Shown: positions 21,697 to 35,062, numbered from the stretch's first letter. The stretch is 64,000 nt of DNA from Histomonas meleagridis 2922-C6/04-290x (GCA_020184695.1 JAANOX010000052.1:193060-257059), one strand, 5' to 3'. Notes: generated by a model not told the origin, from the letters alone. Numbers and translations: made by a program.

Positions 21697-24600
21697 ATGG
21701 TGGGAATTGCCTTTTATATCTTATTCGCATCATTTTCTTCCCAAACATTCATTAAAGAAAATTCCACTCTCATTTTGAGTGGAAGTGAATACATGTCAGG
21801 AGAATATAAGAATTACAAAGACCTGACCAAATCTCTTATTATTTCTGATGAAGTCACCGAAATTCAAAGTGGAGCTTTCAAGAGATGGCTTTTACTTACT
21901 GATGTCAATATTGGAAATTCGGTTACTACAATCAAAGCAAATGCTTTTGAAGATTGTTTTAGTTTAGAATCTGTTGTTATTGGTGACAAGGTTGCAACTA
22001 TTGAGAGCCTTGCGTTTTCCAAATGCGTATCTCTTCAAAGCTTCCAAGTTTCTAATAATAATCCAACTTACTCTTCTCAAAATGGAGTTATTTATGATAA
22101 AAGCATTACAACACTTTACTACTATCCATTAGGCTTGAAGGGATCATTCGAAATTTCAAATACAGTTACAACAATTTCTAATTATTCATTTTATGGTTGC
22201 TCATATCTCGAGTCCATTACATTCGGAACTGCTGTTGAAACAATTGGTAGCCATTCATTTGAGAAATGCTATAGATTAACATCTGTTTCTATTCCAGATA
22301 CTGTTACTTCAATTGGTGAATATGCATTTTCAAATTGTTCACAAATTGCAACGTTTACAATTGGCTCAAAAGTTACGACGATAGGCGACTTTGCTCTCCA
22401 ATTTTGTTATGCCCTCACAACCATTACAATTCCCGATTCAGTAACAACACTTGGAGTCAATATATTATGTGGATGCTCAAGTTTGACAACTATTGTTGTA
22501 TCCACAGGAAATACAGCTTTCGCTAATAATAATGGCGATGGAGTTCTATATAACAAAGACATCACAACTTTAGTTTCATTTCCAAATGGATTTTCCGGAT
22601 CATTTGATATACCAACGACAGTTACAACAATTTCTAGTTATGCATTTCATAATTGTCAGAAATTAATATCAATTAATTTTGGAGCGAATGTTGAAACCAT
22701 TGGTAATTATGCATTTTTCAATTGCGTTGGCTTCACAAGTTTAGTTGTCACTGCGAAATCCATTGAAACATTTGCATTTTGTTATTGCACAGGTATAACA
22801 AGTCTTGAATTAACTACTGAAACACTTGGAACACAAGCTTTTGGACAATGTTCGAAATTACAAACACTACAAATTCATGATGGATTAACAGAACTTTCAG
22901 AATTTGCATTTAGTCAATGCTCAAGTCTTACCCAAGTTACATTACCTAATACACTTACGAAAATTGGTTATTCAGCATTCCATTATTGTACACAATTACC
23001 GTCAATTGTAATTCCAAACTCAGTTTCAACAATTGATCGAAGTGTATTTTATGATTGTACTAACTTAGAATCTGTTACAATTGGTGAAGCTGTAACAACA
23101 ATTGGTGATTATTCATTTTTCTTATGTATTAATTTAAAGAGTGTTGCAATTCCTAATTCAGTTACATCTATTGGTTCTTCTACATTTTCATATTGTAATA
23201 ATTTACAAACTGTTACAATTGGAGATAATCTAGAAACAATTGGTTCTGGATCATTTGTAAATTGTGGAAACTTAACAAGTATTGAAGTATCTACAAACAA
23301 TAACTACTTCACATCTATTAATGGAATTTTATACGATAAAAACTTAGCAAAAATTATTTGTTATCCTGCTACAAAATCTGGTGAATATACAATTGAAAAT
23401 GCAGTTACAACAATTGAATCAAATGCATTTTATTTATGTACTAAGTTAACATCAATAACTATTGGTGGGTTAGTTGAAACTATTGGTGATTATGCATTTT
23501 ATCAATGTTCAAGTTTAACAAGTATTACTATTCCAAATTCAGTTACTTCAATTGGTATGTGTTCATTTGGATATTGTTCAAATTTAAATCCAATTACATT
23601 AGGTAATAATCTTCAAACAATTTCAAATGATGTATTCATGGAATGTCAATCATTAACATCTATAACAATACCAAATACAGTTAAAACACTTGGAGATTCT
23701 TCATTTTATCATTGTTCTTCTTTAGAAACAATTCAATTATCAAATATTTTGGAAGGTATTAATGATTATTTGTTCTTTGGATGTATAAAATTATCAACAA
23801 TTACAATTCCAGATACAGTTAAAACTATTGGAATTTGTTCATTTAAGAATTGTAATGGGTTAACTTCAATTACATTTGGTAATGCAATCGAAATTATTGA
23901 TGAATCAGCATTTGAACAATGTATCAAATTAACAAATGTAAATATCGGTGGAACTGTTTCAACTATTGGAAATTATGCATTTTATTGTTGTCATGAAATT
24001 ACAACCATTACTATTTCTACATCAGTTACATCTCTTGGTAAATTTGCATTTTATCAATGTACAAAATTGGAAAGTGTTACAATTGAAGCAAATATTCCTG
24101 AAATTGGTGAATCTACATTCCATAATTGTACATCATTAAAAGAAATGACAATACCAAATTCAGTTCAATCAATTGGTATTTCAGCATTTGAATATTGTAC
24201 TAATTTATCAACAGTAACAATTGGAACTACTGTTAATTTAATCGGTGAATCAGCATTTTCTTATTGTTATTCATTATCTCAAATTATAATTCCAAGTTCC
24301 GTTAAAACAATTGATGATGAATCATTTAGAAATTGTTCTAATTTACAAACTATTACATTTAATGAAGGACTTGAAACAATTGGAGCTTATGCATTTATTA
24401 ATTGTATTAAAGTATCACAAATTACATTACCAAGTTCATTAATTACAATTAAAAATGATGCTTTCCATGAAAGTTCTAATTTAGTATCAATTTCTATTGG
24501 CCAAAATGTTCAAACAATTGGTTCATCAGCATTTTCATGTTGTGGAAACTTAGCAGAAATATCAATACCAAACTCAGTTACTTCATTAGGTGATTCAGTA

Positions 24601-27600
24601 TTTTATAATTGTATTAATATACAAAAGGCTGAAATCGGTCAAAATGTTAAATCTATTGGTAATTATTTGTTTTATTCATGTTCGAAATTAGTTAATATAA
24701 TATTCCATGGTTCGATTGAATCAATTGGTAAATCATCATTTGAATCTTGTACTCTATTAACTAATGCTGACTTTGGTGAAGCTGTTACCGTTATTGGAGA
24801 TTATGCATTTTATGAATGTATGGCTTTAATATCATCAATTAAATTACCAAATATTATATCATTAGGTAAATATGCATTTTATAGATGTACTGCTTTAACT
24901 TCCGTTGAATTAGGTAATGGTTTAACAATTATTGATTCAAATGCATTTGCAAGATGTTTAGGATTAACAAGTATTGTTGTTCCTAATAGTGTTAAAACTA
25001 TTGGTGATCATGCATTTCATCTTTGTTCTTATTTAGCATCAATTACTATGGGTGAAAATGTTGAATCTATTGGAAGTTCTGCATTTTTCCATAATATTAG
25101 ATTAAGTCAAATTCATTTTCCAAACAAACTTAATTTTATTGGTTATGATGCATTTTTCTTGTGCGCTATTTTGACAAATATTACTATTCCAAATTCTGTT
25201 ACATTTATTGATAAAGATGCATTCCGTCAATGTAAAATGATCAAAACTATTGTAATGGGTTCGAATGTTAGAATTATTAGAGATGGAGCATTTTCATCAT
25301 GTTCTTCATTATCAAGTATTGTGTTACCAGATACACTTCAAACATTAGGAAGTTTAGTGTTTAGTTATTGTCAAAATCTTGAAACGATTAAATTAGGTAC
25401 ATCATTGACAACTATTGGTGAGAAAGCATTTTATGAATGTTCTAAATTAACGAGTATTGAACTTCCTAATTTAGTTACAAGCATTAATTCATATTCATTT
25501 TTATAAATGTTTATCATTAAGTAATATTAATATATTAGGTAATATTGTAAATATTGGAGAATATTCATTTTTATCATTGTGAAAAAAATTGACGAGTATT
25601 ACATTACCATCAAGTGTTGGAATCATTAGTGAAACGCAAGTCTTTTCAGGATGTTATTCATTACGAAATATTAATATTGATAATAATAATAATAATTATA
25701 GTAATTATAATAATGATGGAGTTCTTTATGACAAAGGAATTACGAAAATCCTTTATTATCCTATTGGTAATGAACGAAGTACATATACACTTCCAAATAC
25801 TATTGAAATTATTAATAGTTTTTCATTTTCATCATCATGTACATTAAATACTATTAATATTAATTCAGAATCTCAACTTCAACGAATTAATGAATATTCA
25901 TTTTATAATATTTCAACATTAACAAGTCTTTCACTTCCTAATTCAGTTACTATATTGGTATTTCATCATTTAATATGTGTCCACGTCTTTCAACATTAAC
26001 ACTTGGCAATCAAATCACGACAATTGAAAAGAGTGCATTTTCATCATGCAGCTCAATTGTTTCTATTTCACTTCCTAACTCTGTTACAACCATTGGCGAT
26101 ACTGCATTCCAATTCTGTTCATCATTAGAAACCATTACATTAAGTTCAAACCTTCGAATTCTTGGCACAGAAGTATTCACAAGTTGCAGAAAATTACGAA
26201 GTATTTCTATTCCACAACAAATTACAGGCATTCCAGATCGTCTTCTTCGTAACTGCAATGATTTAGAACGTGTTACTCTTGGAACTAATATTGTATCAAT
26301 TGGAACAGGTTCATTCTATCAATGTAATAATTTGCAATATATTACAATACCAACTACTGTCCAAACAATTGGTAGTGAAGCATTTTACAAGTGCTATAAA
26401 CTTGAAGAACTTACATTAAATAACGTTCGTAGCATTGGTTCCTCAGCATTTTATGAATGTTTTAATTTGACACGATTATCAATGGCGGGAACACTTACAA
26501 GTATTCCAAAACAAGCATTTTATGAATGTTATAACATTAATGGAATTACATTACCAGACACTGTACAAACTATTGATGATGAAGCATTTTATTTCTGCCG
26601 AAGTTTAACAACTATTAAAATGAATTCAGTCACATCAATAGGCAAAGATGCTTTCAGTATGTGCACAAAAGTCACAACTATTGAGTTAGGAAACAGTGTT
26701 ACAACTATCAAAGATGAAGCATTTTCATCATGTTCACAAGTCAGTAACATTGTACTTCCAAATACACTTCAAACATTAGGAAGTTTAGTGTTTAGTTATT
26801 GTCAAAATCTTGAAACGATTAAATTAGGTACATCATTAACAACTATTGGTGAGAAAGCATTTTATGAATGTTCTAAATTAACGAGTATTGAACTTCCTAA
26901 TTTAGTTACAAGCATTAATTCATATTCATTTTATAAATGTTTATCATTAAGTAATATTAATATATTAGGTAATATTGTAAATATTGGAGAATATTCATTT
27001 TATCATTGTGAAAAAAATTGACGAGTATTACATTACCATCAAGTGTTGGAATCATTAGTGAAACGTAAGTGTTTTCAGGATGTTATTGATTACTATATAT
27101 TGATATTGATAATAATAATAATAATTATAGTAATTATAATAATGATGGAGTTCTTTATGACAAAGGAATTACGAAAATCCTTTATTATCCTATTGGTAAT
27201 GAACGAAGTACATATACACTTCCAAATACTATTGAAATTATTAATAGTTTTTCATTTTCATCATCATGTACATTAAATACTATTAATATTAATTCAGAAT
27301 CTCAACTTCAACGAATTAATGAATATTCATTTTATAATATTTCAACATTAACAAGTCTTTCACTTCCTAATTCAGTTACATATATTGGTATTTCATCATT
27401 TAATATGTGTCCACGTCTTTCAACATTAACACTTGGCAATCAAATCACGACAATTGAAAAGAGTGCATTTTCATCATGCAGCTCAATTGTTTCTATTTCA
27501 CTTCCTAACTCTGTTACAACCATTGGCAACTGCGCATTCCAATTCTGTTCATCATTAGAAAATATTACATTAAGTTCAAATCTTCGAAGTCTTGGCACAG

Positions 27601-28241
27601 AAGTATTTTCGCAATGTATTAAACTACGAACAATTTCCATTCCAAACCAAATCACAAGCATTCCGGATTATCTCTTCTACAAATGTAGCAGTTTGGAATC
27701 CATTGACATTAATGAAAATGTTCTTTCACTTGGAATGAGTGTATTTTATGAATGTTCATCACTTACAAATGTTACAATTCCAAACAAGGTAACATCTATT
27801 GGTGGTTCGGCCTTTTATAAATGCGTAAATCTTTCCACCGTAACTATTGGCGAAAATGTTACATCGATTTCGTCACGCGCATTTTATAACTGCACATCGC
27901 TCAAATGTATCTATTACAACGGTATCAGTGAGCCCACGACAATTGCAACTGATGCATTCTATGGCATCCACTCATCTGTTGTGATGACACCCGAGTCATA
28001 TAACGGCAATAGCTTCGCTCAACTAAATGTATCAAAGGGTGTAACAATTAACGAATGCATCGAGAGCAGCAGCAGCAGCAAGTCAAAGAATTACGGAGTA
28101 CTTATCGGAGTGCCAATCGCTGTCGCTGTGGTCATCATCGGAATTGTTGTGGGAGTGGTCATCTATTTGAAGAGAAAGAAGAACGTGGAAATGACATCGG
28201 TCGATATGAACGAACCTGCAATTATAAAGGCGCTGATTTAA
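21697..28241 (+). CDS. Large BspA-like (TpLRR/LRR_5) surface protein, ~2180 aa, with several homopolymer frameshifts (~25500, ~25570-25590, ~25950, ~27020)
   Basis: Signal peptide MVGIAFYILFASFS and dozens of xIPxxVxxIGxxAFxxCxxL repeats across ORFs 21613-25506, 25589-25999, 25975-27021 and 27405-28241. C-terminal TM (VLIGVPIAVAVVIIGIVVGVVIYL) and a short tail. Confidence 0.9.
25331..27606 (+). repeat. Recent internal duplication in BspA: 25331-26177 and 26762-27606
   Basis: Near-identical ~845 bp blocks offset by ~1430 bp, including an (AAT)n Asn run. Confidence 0.9.
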
Positions 28242-28262
28242 GAGAAAATAGTAAAAAATTCG

Positions 28263-29228
28263 TCAAATTAAATCATTTGCAATGTTTTGTAAATTGAAAC
28301 TTTTGAAATGTTTAAAAAAACGAAATGTACATAAAAATGAATTTCTTATTCTGATGTGGTCATTAATTAATGAGTAATGTTGTAAAACAGAAAATTGGTT
28401 AGGAAGTGAAATAGAAACAATTGAGCTGCATGATGAAAATGCACTCTTTTCAATTGTCGTGATTTGATTGCCAAGTGTTAATGTTGAAAGACGTGGACAC
28501 ATATTAAATGATGAAATACCAATATATGTAACTGAATTAGGAAGTGAAAGACTTGTTAATGTTGAAATATTATAAAATGAATATTCATTAATTCGTTGAA
28601 GTTGAGATTCTGAATTAATATTAATAGTATTTAATGTACATGATGATGAAAATGAAAAACTATTAATAATTTCAATAGTATTTGGAAGTGTATATGTACT
28701 TCGTTCATTACCAATAGGATAATAAAGGATTTTCGTAATTCCTTTGTCATAAAGAACTCCATCATTATTATAATTACTATAATTATTATTATTATTATCA
28801 ATATTAATATTTCGTAATGAATAACATCCTGAAAAGACTTGCGTTTCACTAATGATTCCAACACTTGATGGTAATGTAATACTCGTCAATTTTTCACAAT
28901 GATAAAATGAATATTCTCCAATATTTACAATATTACCTAATATATTAATATTACTTAATGATAAACATTTATAAAATGAATATGAATTAATGCTTGTAAC
29001 TAAATTAGGAAGTTCAATACTCGTTAATTTAGAACATTCATAAAATGCTTTCTCACCAATAGTTGTTAATGATGTACCTAATTTAATCGTTTCAAGATTT
29101 TGACAATAACTAAACACTGAATTTCCTAATGTTTGAAGTGTATTTGGAATAATAATTTTTTGTAATTCACAAAATGTTGCTGATTTGATCCATATTAATT
29201 TAAAGTTAAAAATTAAAAAAAAAAACAA
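28263..29228 (-). CDS. Short BspA-like ORF containing an inverted copy (28398-29149) of the duplicated LRR block
   Basis: 321 aa open frame with a TTG start and signal-peptide-like MFFFLIFNFKLIWIKSA; ~750 bp near-identical to 26756-27509 in the opposite orientation. Confidence 0.6.
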   Translation of the reverse strand: MFFFLIFNFKLIWIKSATFCELQKIIIPNTLQTLGNSVFSYCQNLETIKLGTSLTTIGEKAFYECSKLTSIELPNLVTSINSYSFYKCLSLSNINILGNIVNIGEYSFYHCEKLTSITLPSSVGIISETQVFSGCYSLRNINIDNNNNNYSNYNNDGVLYDKGITKILYYPIGNERSTYTLPNTIEIINSFSFSSSCTLNTININSESQLQRINEYSFYNISTLTSLSLPNSVTYIGISSFNMCPRLSTLTLGNQITTIEKSAFSSCSSIVSISLPNQFSVLQHYSLINDHIRIRNSFLCTFRFFKHFKSFNLQNIANDLI

Positions 29229-29417
29229 AAATGTTTCGCTTTAATTTTTGTTAATTTATTCATAATTAACAAATGCTTCTCTAAATTCTGTTGTTATTAA
29301 TATGTTCACAAGTAGAAGACAATTTGCAAACTGTAAAAGTGACAAAATAAAGTCTTTTTCGCAATTAACGTTGATTAAACGGCCTTGAGACGGTTTCGAT
29401 TGTGGCGACATTTTTGA

Positions 29418-29993
29418 ATGAGCTTGTTCCATAAAGTTGTGTTTGTTGGTGATTCTGGAGCAGGTAAAACATCAATCATCAATAAATTTACTCAGATATC
29501 AGGAACTCCAGTTCCAACAATTACTGCAACATCGGTTCAATGTATTGTTCATTTGCCAGAACAAGATGTAACACTAAATGTTTGGGATACTGCTGGCCAA
29601 GATGACTACAAATGCCTTATTCCTATTTATGCTAAAGGAGCAATGGTTGCAGTCATTGTTTTTGATAAAACTTCAGAAGAATCCTTCAATAGTCTTAGAA
29701 ATTGGGTAAACTTCATAAGAGAATCAGTTGGCCAGCTTGGAATTATTGTTGTAGGTAACAAAGAAGATTTGCCTGCTGTAATTTCATTCAACCAAGGAAT
29801 TGGTTTTGCTGATCAAAACGATGCCCAATTTATCGAAACATCTGCTGAAACAGGAACCAACGTTGATTTGTTATTTTCTACAATTGCAAATCTTGTTTTA
29901 GAACAAGAAAAATTATCAGATAAAAAAGAGGATAATGGTGTTGATTTAAAAGCACCCCAAAATGAAGATAAAAAGAAAGGCTGCTGCAAGTGA
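29418..29993 (+). CDS. Rab family small GTPase
   Basis: GDSGAGKTS, WDTAGQD, GNKED, ETSA and C-terminal GCCK. Confidence 0.93.
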   Translation: MSLFHKVVFVGDSGAGKTSIINKFTQISGTPVPTITATSVQCIVHLPEQDVTLNVWDTAGQDDYKCLIPIYAKGAMVAVIVFDKTSEESFNSLRNWVNFIRESVGQLGIIVVGNKEDLPAVISFNQGIGFADQNDAQFIETSAETGTNVDLLFSTIANLVLEQEKLSDKKEDNGVDLKAPQNEDKKKGCCK

Positions 29994-30646
29994 ATACTGA
30001 GTTTATGTATTAAAAGCATGCTTAAACATTTCTGATTTCATTTGTTTCAAACGATATATTTTTGAATCATGTTTCTGTGGTTTATGAACGTTTGACAGTT
30101 TCGGAACGTTATTTCGATACATCTTTGGAAGATTCAAATTACAAATAGCTTCCTGCGATTAAATTAACCTCATTGACTTGTCCTCAGTTACGCTTGGTGT
30201 TTTGTATTTTTGATATTTAATTGAACATCAAAATTCCTACTTTCTTCAAAAAAACATCTTTAACGATAGAATCAAATGAATGAGTCATCATCGGATTTAT
30301 ATTCAAAAACTGATGTGTTTGGGAAACCTTTCTGAAACCACTTTATATTCGGAAACGAAGGAAAGGAGCAAAAACCTTTTACAATATCATATTCATTAAT
30401 CAATTTTTATTAATGTAATATGAGTTAGTATTGATCCCTCTGTTGAAAAATGATCATATTGTTGTTGAATTTTATGGTAATTCTTATGAAGTATTCCATC
30501 TGTAGAAATGGTAATTGAATACAAAAAGCAGTTATTGGAACTTCTTATCGTTGCCATAATTCTGAGAATTTTTTCGTGCTTAAGAACATTTGAATGAAAA
30601 TAAGATGTGAACAAATTTGAATGAAAAAGCAAATGTCAGTTTTCGT

Positions 30647-33600
30647 ATGAGCTTTTTCTCGAATTTGTTCAAAAAAGAAGAGGCCCAACAACCTCCGCCT
30701 AATCACGATAATCAAGCAAAACCAGAGGAAAATGGTTCTCAAATTCAAGAACTTCAAAAGCAAGTTGACTATTATAAACAAAGGTCACTTACAGATGAAG
30801 AACTAAACGAATTCGAAATGCTGCGTACGCAGAAAAAGTTATTTAGTGCCGAGATAGATCAACTTAACGAAGCTTTAGACAAGAAGCAAAGTGAAATAGA
30901 TTCCTTAAACAAGCAAAATGAGGAAATAACAAATAGTGTTCGAACAGAAATTGAAGCTGTACAAAACCAAGTTGAAACAATAATGAAAACAAAGCAATCC
31001 GAAATCGAAAATCTTCAAAAGCAAATCAAAGATTTACAGAGTTCTAAACCATCAGAAGGAGGACAAAGTGTTCCATCTGAAACAAATAGTGCTGAAATAG
31101 AATCATTACAAAACAAAATCAAAGAATTGCAACATGATAAAGAAACTGAAATACAAAAACTTCAAACACAACTTTCTGAATCAGAGACAACGAAACGCAC
31201 TGAAATTGATAGTCTTCAAAAGAAAATTGAAGAAATTACAAATGACAAGCAAACTGAGATTGATTCATTACAGAAACAAATTGAAGAAATAACAAATAAT
31301 AAACAAAATGAAATTAATTCATTACAAAAGAAAATTGAAGAATTAGCAAATAATGAAAAAACTGAAATTAATGAGTTCCAAACGAAAATCGAAGAAATAG
31401 CAAAGGAAAAACAAAATGAAATCAATGAATTACAAAAGAGAATCGAAGAATTAACAAAAGAAAAGCAAACAGAAAATGAAAAACTGCAAAAGAAAATCGA
31501 AGAACTAATGAACACTCAAGCAAATGAATCAGGAGCACTTCAAAGTCAATTAACTGAATTACATAAGCAAATCGAAGAATTAACAAATAGTAAACAAATG
31601 GAAACAGAAAAACTAAATAAACAAATTGAAGAAATTACAAACAATAAACAAAATGAAATTAATGAATTAAATAAACAAATTGAAGAAATTACAAATAACA
31701 AACAAAATGAAATTAATGAATTACAAAAGAAAATCGAAGAAATACAAAATAATAAACAAAATGAAATTGATACATTACAAAAACGTATTGAAGAATTAAC
31801 TAATAATCAATCATCAGAAGCAAATGCATTACAAAGTAAAATTGATGAATTACAAAATCAAATTAATGAAATAACAAATAATAAACAATCGGAAATCGAT
31901 TCATTACATAAACAAATTGAAGAATTACAAAACAATAAACAAAATGAAGTTAATTCATTACAAAATCAAATTAATGACTTAACAAACAGTAGACAAAATG
32001 AAATTAATGAATTAAAGAAACAAATCGAAGAAACGACAAATAACAAACAATCAGAGATTGATTCATTACATAAACAAATTGAAGAATTAGGAAATACAAA
32101 ACAAAATGAAATCAATGAATTAAATAAACAAATTGAAGAATTAACAAATAATAAACAAAAAGAAATTAATGAATTAAAGAAACAAATTGAAGAATTAACA
32201 AATAATAAACAAAATGAAATTAATGAATTACATAATCAAATTGAAGAATTACAAAATAATAAACAAATGGAAACAGAGAAATTAAATAAACAAATTGAAG
32301 AAATTACAAATAACAAACAAAATGAAATTAATTCATTACAAAGAAAAATCGAAGAAATTACAAATAATAAACAAAACGAAATTAATTCATTACAAGGTCA
32401 ACTTGAAGAACTTTCAAATAGAAAACGAATTGAAATTGATGAATTACAAAAACGTATTGAAGATCTTGCAGATGGTAAACAATCTGAAGCAGGCGCATTA
32501 CAACTTCAAATTGTTGAATTACATAAACAAATCGATGAGATAACAAGTAATAAACAAAATGAAATTAGACAACTTAATAAACATATCGAAGAATTAAATG
32601 ATGAAAAGAATACAATGGAAGAAAATCATCGAAAACAAATCGATGATATTAATAAATCGAAATCAAATGAAATCGAAGAACTTACAAATGCAAAGCAAAT
32701 AGAAATTAATAACTTAAAGAAACAAAACGAAGAATTAAATACAGCTAAAGAAACATCAGAAAATGAATACAAGAAACAGATTGAAGAATTAAATAACTCT
32801 AAAACAGCTTCAGAAAATGAATATAAGAAACAAATCGAAGAATTAAATACTTCTAAAACAAATGCAATTGAAGAACTTACAAATGCAAAGCAAACGGAAA
32901 TTGATCAACTTAAACAACAAATTGAAGAATTAGGTAGTAATAAACAATCAGAAATCGATAACTTAAAGAAACAGAACGAAGAATTAAACGCATCTAAAGT
33001 AACAGCAGAAGAAGAATTAAAGAAACAGATGGAAGAATTAGGCAACAACAAACAAAATGAAATTGATAACTTAAAGAAACAGAACGAAGAATTAAACGCA
33101 GCTAAAGAAGCATCAGAAAATGAATATAAGAAACAAATTGAAGAGTTAAATGCAGCCAAAGTTTCGGCGATTGAAGAACTAACAAACACCAAACAAAATG
33201 AAATTGAACAACTCAAACAACAAATCGAACAAATCAATTCAGCCAAAGCGGCATCAGAAAGTGAACTACATAAACAAATTGAAGAACTCTCTAATGCAAA
33301 AGCATCAGAAAGTGATGTTGTAAATCTCAAACAAAATGAAATTAATTCTCTTAAGCAACAGATCGAAGAAATCAACAATTCTAAAACAGCATTAGAAAGC
33401 GAATTACATAAACAGATCGAAGAACTCAATAATTCTAAAGCAGCAGCAGAAGAAGAATTAAAGAAACAAATCGAAGAATTAAAGAACTCTAAAACTGCTT
33501 CAGAAGAAGAATTAAAGAAACAAATTGAAGAATTAAGTGCATCTAAAGCAGCAGCAGAAGAAGAGCATAAGAAACAGATCGAAGAATTAAAGAACTCTAA

Positions 33601-34744
33601 AACTGCTTCAGAAGAAGAATTAAAGAAACAAATGGAAGAATTAGGTAACAACAAACAAAACGAAATCGATAACTTAAAGAAACAGAACGAAGAATTAAAC
33701 AACTCTAAAACAGAATCAGAAAATGAATATAAGAAACAAATCGAAGAGATAAATACAGCCAAAGTTTTAGCAATTACTGAACTAACAAACACCAAACAAA
33801 ATGAAATTGAACAACTTAAACAACAAATCGAACAAATCAATTCAGCCAAAGCGGCATCAGAAAGCGAATTACATAAACAAATTGAAGAACTCTCTAATGC
33901 AAAAGCATCAGAAAGTGATGTTGTAAATCTCAAACAAAATGAAATTAATTCTCTTAAGCAACAGATCGAAGAAATCAACAATTCTAAAACAGCATTAGAA
34001 AGCGAATTACATAAACAGATCGAAGAACTCAATAATTCTAAAGCAGCAGCAGAAGAAGAATTAAAGAAACAAATCGAAGAACTGAACGCATCTAAAGCAG
34101 CAGCAGTTGAAGAAGTAACAAACGCAAAGCAAAATGAGATCGATCAACTCAAGCAGCAGATCGAGCAAATCAACGCATCCAAAGTGGCATCGGAAAGTGA
34201 ATTACATAAACAAATCGAAGAACTGAACGCATCCAAAGCAGCAGTTGAAGAGGCGACAAACGCGAAGCAAACTGAGATCGATCAACTCAAGAAGCAAATC
34301 GACGAGTTGAACACATCCAAATCGACAGCCGAATCGGAACTTGCGAACACCTCCACACTTAAGAAGGAGCTCGAATCGAAAGAAGCGGAAACAACAGAGC
34401 TACAGCGCCAAATCGAAGAGTTATTCCTGCTGAAGGAGCGCGAAACTGCAGAACTCCGCAAAGAGATCGAAACATTAAATAACAATAAGAGTAATGTAAA
34501 CGAAGAAGAAATTAATAAAATTAAAGACGAACGTAACGAAGCACAAACAAAAGTTGCGCAACTCGAAGATGAAATTAAAGACCTTCGCGAAGTGGCGAAG
34601 AAGTACACAACAATTAAAGACGAAAAAGATGAAATGTTCACACATCTGAAGGCTGAAATAGAAGAGTTGACACGACAAAACGAACAGTTGAAAAATACCG
34701 TGTTGGAAGCAAAGGCAAAAATTCGTGAAAAAGGATTAAAATAA
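30647..34744 (+). CDS. Long repetitive coiled-coil protein (~1365 aa)
   Basis: Starts MSFFSNLFKK. Tandem ~18 aa repeats KQIEELTNNKQNEINELK and later KQIEELNNSKTASEEELK; duplicated blocks at ~33180-33500 and ~33780-34100. Confidence 0.88.
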   Translation: MSFFSNLFKKEEAQQPPPNHDNQAKPEENGSQIQELQKQVDYYKQRSLTDEELNEFEMLRTQKKLFSAEIDQLNEALDKKQSEIDSLNKQNEEITNSVRTEIEAVQNQVETIMKTKQSEIENLQKQIKDLQSSKPSEGGQSVPSETNSAEIESLQNKIKELQHDKETEIQKLQTQLSESETTKRTEIDSLQKKIEEITNDKQTEIDSLQKQIEEITNNKQNEINSLQKKIEELANNEKTEINEFQTKIEEIAKEKQNEINELQKRIEELTKEKQTENEKLQKKIEELMNTQANESGALQSQLTELHKQIEELTNSKQMETEKLNKQIEEITNNKQNEINELNKQIEEITNNKQNEINELQKKIEEIQNNKQNEIDTLQKRIEELTNNQSSEANALQSKIDELQNQINEITNNKQSEIDSLHKQIEELQNNKQNEVNSLQNQINDLTNSRQNEINELKKQIEETTNNKQSEIDSLHKQIEELGNTKQNEINELNKQIEELTNNKQKEINELKKQIEELTNNKQNEINELHNQIEELQNNKQMETEKLNKQIEEITNNKQNEINSLQRKIEEITNNKQNEINSLQGQLEELSNRKRIEIDELQKRIEDLADGKQSEAGALQLQIVELHKQIDEITSNKQNEIRQLNKHIEELNDEKNTMEENHRKQIDDINKSKSNEIEELTNAKQIEINNLKKQNEELNTAKETSENEYKKQIEELNNSKTASENEYKKQIEELNTSKTNAIEELTNAKQTEIDQLKQQIEELGSNKQSEIDNLKKQNEELNASKVTAEEELKKQMEELGNNKQNEIDNLKKQNEELNAAKEASENEYKKQIEELNAAKVSAIEELTNTKQNEIEQLKQQIEQINSAKAASESELHKQIEELSNAKASESDVVNLKQNEINSLKQQIEEINNSKTALESELHKQIEELNNSKAAAEEELKKQIEELKNSKTASEEELKKQIEELSASKAAAEEEHKKQIEELKNSKTASEEELKKQMEELGNNKQNEIDNLKKQNEELNNSKTESENEYKKQIEEINTAKVLAITELTNTKQNEIEQLKQQIEQINSAKAASESELHKQIEELSNAKASESDVVNLKQNEINSLKQQIEEINNSKTALESELHKQIEELNNSKAAAEEELKKQIEELNASKAAAVEEVTNAKQNEIDQLKQQIEQINASKVASESELHKQIEELNASKAAVEEATNAKQTEIDQLKKQIDELNTSKSTAESELANTSTLKKELESKEAETTELQRQIEELFLLKERETAELRKEIETLNNNKSNVNEEEINKIKDERNEAQTKVAQLEDEIKDLREVAKKYTTIKDEKDEMFTHLKAEIEELTRQNEQLKNTVLEAKAKIREKGLK

Positions 34745-35062
34745 AGAAATATTCGAATACTTTTTGATATTTGGCTGATACTGTGCAAATAATTTGTAAA
34801 TTTCCCAATTGGAATATTATAAACGGTCAAATGTTGGTAACGGTCGTTGTTTCTGTTTTGGAATTATAATTATAGATAATTTTTAGTGGAAACTTTATAG
34901 TATATTTATCAAAATTTGTAAAATAATAGTAAGTAATGTTTGTATTTTTCTTGTTCTAAAGAGACGTGGAAATCTTATAATAATTATTCATATTATTATT
35001 AAATTATTAAATCAACAACCAAAAAATTATATTGAAAAATAAATTTCATGACAAAAGTATCT

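Noticed and set aside
32905-34830. Long minus-strand ORFs (32905-34032, 34282-34830, 31216-31515)
   Set aside because: Antisense shadows of the repetitive coiled-coil gene (S/I/C/F-rich).
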